Below are positions 59,401 through 64,000 of a stretch of DNA of 64,000 bases, piece by piece. Numbering within the stretch: the stretch's first letter is position 1; each line of letters begins with the position of its first letter. The stretch lies in NCBI RefSeq assembly GCF_009914755.1, contig NC_060933.1; one strand, given 5' to 3'. The notes below the pieces were generated by a model, which did no database searches, was not told where the DNA came from, and saw only the letters and a program-made list of their open reading frames with translations. The position numbers and the translations under genes are program-made. Origin of the DNA: the human T2T-CHM13v2.0 reference genome, Homo sapiens.

Positions 59401-59899
59401 AATGGAATGGAATGGAATGGAATGGAATGGAATGGAATGGAATGCCTTCAAACTGAATGCAATGGAAAGGAATGTAATCAACACGAGTGGAAGGGAATGG
59501 AATGGAATGGAATGGAATGGAATGGAATGGTACGGAATAGAATGGAATGGAACGAAATGGAATGGAATGGAATGGAATGGAATGGAATGGAATGGAATCG
59601 TTCCGAGTGGAATAGGAGGGAATGTATTCGAGTGAAATGGAAAGGAATGGAATCAACCAGAGTGGAATGGAAGGGAATGGAATGGAATGGAAACTAATAG
59701 AATGGAATCAACCCGAGTGGAATGGAATGGAAAGGACTGGAATGGAATGGAATGGAATGGAATGGAATGGAATGGAATCAACTCCATTGTAATGGAATGG
59801 AATGGAATGGAAAGGAATGGAATGGAATGCAATGGAATTAACCCGAATACAATGAAAAGGAATGGAATGGAACGGAATGCAAAGAAATGGAATCAACTC
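41443..59899 (+). repeat. HSat3-type array, GGAAT-strand block 2, ~18.5 kb
   Basis: GGAAT pentamers resume at ...CATTCCGTAATGGAATGG and continue to the switch at ~59900. Confidence 0.95.
53430..59443 (+). repeat. Second copy of direct duplication, lacking the 2195 bp equivalent to 6701-8895; left boundary approximate
   Basis: Matches ~5300-6700 up to TAACCCGAATAG at 54848, then matches 8896-13461. Confidence 0.92.
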
Positions 59900-59913
59900 G
59901 GGTTGATTCCATT
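59886..59913. other. Strand-switch junction J3 (GGAAT to CATTC), reverse-complement copy of J1
   Basis: AATGGAATCAA-CTCGGG-TTGATTCCATT. The reverse complement reads GGAATCAACCCGAGTTGATTCC, equal to J1 except one base, and both flanks also match those of J1. Confidence 0.95.
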
Positions 59914-62900
59914 CCCTTCTTTCCATTCCATTCCATTCCATTCCATTCCGTTCCATTCCATTCCATTACATTCGGATTGATTCTATTCAATTCCCTTACA
60001 CTCCATTACATTCCATTCCATTCGGGTAGTTTCCACTCCATTCCATTCACTTCCTCTCCATTCCATTGCACTCGGGTTGATTCCATTCCATTGCATTCCA
60101 TTCCATTCCATTCAATTCCATTCCGTTCCATTCCATTCCATTACATTCGGATTGATTCTATTCAACTCCCTTACTCTCCATTACATTCGATTCCATTCAG
60201 GTTGTTCCATTCCATTCCATTCCATTCCACTCCATTCCATTGCACTCGGGTTGATTCCATTCCATTCCATTCCATTCCGGAAGATTCCATTCCATTACAT
60301 TCCATTACATTCTATTCCCCTGCACTCGCGTTGATTCCATTCCATTCCATTCCATTCCATTCCATTCCTTTCTGTTCCATTCCATTCCATTCCATTCCAT
60401 TCCGTTCCGTTCCGTTCCATTCCATTCCATTCCATTCTATTCGGGTTAATTCCATTCCATTCCATTCGATTGCAATCGAGTTGATTCCATTCCATTCCAT
60501 TCCATTCCATTCCATTCCATTCCATTCCTTTCCTTTCCATTACGGATGATTCCATTCCATTGCATTCCATTCCATTCCATTCCCCTGTACTGGGGTTGAT
60601 TCCATTCCATTCCATTCCAATCCATGCCATTCCACTCGTGTTGATTCCATTCTTTCCATTCCATTCAATTTGAATCCATTCCATTGCATTCCATTCCATT
60701 CGATTCCATTCAATTGCACTCAGGTTGATTCCATTCCATTGCATTCCATTCCATCCCATTTCATTCCATTCCATTCCTTTCCATTCCATTCCATTCCATT
60801 CCATTCGATTGCAATCGAGTTTATTCCATTCCATTCGTTTCCATTCCATTCCATTGCCTTGCATTCCACTCGGGTTGATTCCATTCCCTTCTTTCCACTC
60901 CATTACATTCCCTTCCATTCCACTTGGAATGATTGATTCCATTCCATTCCATTCCATTTCATTCCATTGCAATCCATTCCAATCCATTCCATTATATTCC
61001 ATTCCACTCGAGTTGATTTCATTCCATTCCTTTCCATTCCATTCCATTCCTTTCCACTCGAGTTGATTCCATTCCATTCCATTCCTTTGCATTCCATTCC
61101 ATGCCATTCCACTCGGGTGGATTCCATTCCATTCCATTCCATTCCATTCCATTCCATTCCATTGCAATCCATTCCATTCCTTTCCCCTACACTCGGGTTG
61201 ATTCCATTCCTTTCCATTCCATTTAATTCCATTCCATTCCATTCCATTCCAATCCGTTCCATTCCATTCCATTCTATTCCACTGCAATCGACTTGATTCC
61301 ATTCCATTCCATTCCATTCCATTCCATTTTGTTGCAACCCATTCTATTTCGAACTATTCCATTCCATTCCATTCCATTCCATTGCATTCCATTCCATGCC
61401 ATTCCACTCCGGTTGATTCCATTCCATTCCATTCCATTCGATTCCATTCCATTCCATTCCATTCCGTTCCATTCCATTTCATTACATTCAGATTGATTCT
61501 ATTCAATTCCCTAACACTCCATTATATTCCCATCCATTCTGGTTGTTTCCATTCCATTCCAATCCATTTCACTCCATTCCATTGCACTTGGTTTGATTCC
61601 ATTCCATTCCATTCCATTCCATTCCTTTCCAGATGATTCCATTCCATTGCATTCCATTCCATTCCATTCCCCTGCACTCAGGTTGATTCCATTCCATTCC
61701 ATTCCACTCCATTCGGTTCCGTTCCATTCCATTCTATTGCATTCCATTCTATTCGGGTTAATTCCATTCCATTATATTCCATTCCATTCCATTCCATTCC
61801 ATTGCAATGGAGTTGATTCCATTCCATTCCATTCCATTCCGGATGATTCCATTCCATTCCATTGCATTCCATTCCATTCCATTCCCCTGCACTCGTGTTG
61901 ATTCCATTACCTTCTATTCCATTCCATTCCGTTCCATTCCATTGCATTCCATTCTATTCCGGTTAATTCCATTCCATTCCATTCCATTCCATTCCATTCC
62001 ATTCCATTCCATTGCAATCGAGTTGATTCCATTCCATTCCTTTCCATTCCATTCCATTGCCTTGCATTCCAATCGGGTTGATTCCATTCCCTTCTTTCCA
62101 CTCCTTTACATTCCCTTCCATTCCACTCGGAATCATTGATTCCATTCCATTCCATTCCATTTCATTCCATTGCAATCCATTCCAATCCATTCCATTCCAT
62201 TCCACTCGAGTTGATTTCATTCCATTCCTTTCCATTCCATTCCATTCCTTTCTACTCGAGTTGATACCATTCCATTCCATTCCATTGCATTCCATTCCAT
62301 GCCATTCCACTCGGGTTGATTCCATTCCTTTGCATTCCATTCCATTCCATTCCATTCCATTCCATTCCATTCCATTCCGTTGCATTCCATTCCGTTACAT
62401 TCTGATTGATTCTATTCAACTCCCTTACTCTCCATTATATTCCATTCCATTCGGGTTGTTCCATTCCATTCCATTCCATTCCATTCCATTCCATTCCATT
62501 CCGGATTATTCCATTCCATTGCATTCCGTTCCATTACATTCCCCTGCGCTCACGTTGATTCCATTCCATTCCATTCCATTCCATTCAATTCCATTCCATT
62601 ACAATTCGTTCCATTCCATTCTATTCCGTACCATTCCATTCCATTCCATACCATTCCATTCCGTTCCATTCCATTCCATTGCATTCCATTCCATTCCGTT
62701 CCATTCCGTTCCATTCCATTCCATTCCATTCTATTCAGGTTAATCCCATTCCATTCCATTCCATTCTATTCGGATTAGTTCCATTCCATTCCATTCCATT
62801 CAGTTCTATTCCATTCCATTGCAATCGAGTTGAATCCATTGCATTTCATTCCATTCCATTCCATTCCATTCCATTCCGGAAGTTTCCATTCCATTGCATT

Positions 62901-64000
62901 CCATTCCATTCCTTTCAATTCCATTCCGTTCCATTCCATTCCATTACATTTGGATTGATTCTATTCAACTCCCTTAGTCTCCATTAGATTCCATTCCATT
63001 CGGGTTGTTCCATTCCATTCCATTCCATTCCACTCCATTCCATTGCACTCGGGTTTATTCCATACCATTCCATTCCATTCCATTCAATTCCATTCCATTC
63101 CGGAAGATTCCATTCCATTTCTTTCCATTCCATTCCATTCCCCTGCACTCGCGTTGATTCCATTCCATTCCATTCCATTCCATTCCATTCCATTCCGTTC
63201 CGTTCCGTTCCATTCCATTCCATTCCATTCCATTCCATTCCGTTCCGTTCCATTCCATTCCATTCCATTCTATTCGGGTTAATTCCATTCCACTCCATTC
63301 GATTGCAATCGAGTTGATTCCATTCCATTCCATTCCATTCCATTCCATTCCTTTCCATTCCATTACGGATGATTCCATTCCATTGCATTCCATTCCATTC
63401 CATTCCCCTGTACTCGGGTTGATTCCATTCCATTCCATTCCAATCCATGCCATTCCACTCGTGTTGATTCCATTCTTTTCATTCCATTCAAGTTGAATCC
63501 ATTCCATTGCATTCCATTCCATTCCATTCCCCTGCAGTCGGGTTGATTCCATTCCATTCCATTCCATTCCATTCCATTCCATTCCATTCCAATCAAGTTG
63601 ACTCCATTCCATTCCATTCCATTGCATTCCATTCCATTCCACTCCATTCCAGTCCTTTCCATTCCATTCCACTCGGGTTGATTCCAATGTATTCCTTTCC
63701 ATTCCATTCCATTCCATTGCAATCGAGTTGATTCCATTGCTTTGCATTCCATTCCATTCCATTCCATTCCGGATGATTCCATTCCATTGCATTCCATTCC
63801 ATTCCATTCCCCTGCACTCGGGTTGATTCCATTCCATTCCACTCCATTCCATTCCATTCCATTCCATTGCATTGCATTCCATTCCATTCCCCTGCACTCG
63901 GGTTGATTCCATTCCATTCCATTCCATTCCATTCCATTCCATTCCATTCCTTTCCATTCCATTACGGATGATTCCATTCCATTGCATTCCATTCCATTCC
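59900..64000 (-). repeat. HSat3-type array, inverted (CATTC-strand) block 2, open at window end
   Basis: CATTC pentamers from ...GGAATCAACTCGGGTTGATTCC to the end of the window. Confidence 0.95.

Larger units (their letters stand above)
59404..64000 (-). repeat. Right arm of near-identical inverted duplication (partner 26236-30832), truncated by window end
   Basis: Reverse complement of 26236-30832 with scattered SNPs and a few 5-bp-multiple indels. The last 40 bp map to 26236-26275. Confidence 0.95.

Noticed and set aside
168-63992. Hundreds of ORFs up to ~400 aa (MEWNG / IPFHS repeats), e.g. 42928..44154 and 38185..39387
   Set aside because: Pure GGAAT/ATTCC has no stop codon in any frame and supplies ATG every 5 bp. 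ORFs overlap in all six frames and have no non-repetitive content, so they are not evidence of coding genes.
1-64000. CRISPR-like pattern of conserved words separated by intervening sequence
   Set aside because: The intervening DNA is the repetitive pentamer rather than unique spacers, spacing is irregular, and there are no cas genes.
1-64000. Transposon insertions (Alu, L1, LTR) or telomeric repeats
   Set aside because: I saw no non-satellite stretch, poly-A tail or TTAGGG array. The junctions are satellite-to-satellite, so their inverted arms are not terminal inverted repeats of an element.
1-64000. Classification as HSat2, or assignment to a specific chromosome or subfamily (9q12, DYZ1, acrocentric arms)
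   Set aside because: Long clean GGAAT runs with CAACCCGAGT favour HSat3 over the CATTCGATTC-dominated HSat2. Chromosome or subfamily assignment needs a k-mer or alignment search that I cannot run.

Overview
The whole 64 kb window is a (GGAAT)n/(CATTC)n pentamer satellite array with interspersed CAACCCGAGT-type variant words, i.e. classical human/hominoid Satellite III (HSat3) heterochromatin. I cannot assign the chromosome or subfamily from sequence alone. I see no gene, RNA gene or transposon, and the ORF track (MEWNG/IPFHS peptides) is an artefact of the stop-free pentamer. The interest is architectural. There are three strand switches (~30342, ~41443, ~59900), and the third is a reverse-complement copy of the first, carried inside a near-identical inverted duplication of at least 4.6 kb (26236-30832 vs 59404-64000). 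A near-identical direct duplication (~5.3-13.46 kb to ~53.4-59.44 kb) lacks 2195 bp and meets the inverted copy in a single pure GGAAT run. There are also older inverted and direct paralogs and small tandem duplications. One recurrent variant word, GGAAT-CTTCC-GGAAT, is a perfect three-unit heat-shock element. All alignments were made by eye, using diagnostic variants and ORF-track coordinate offsets.
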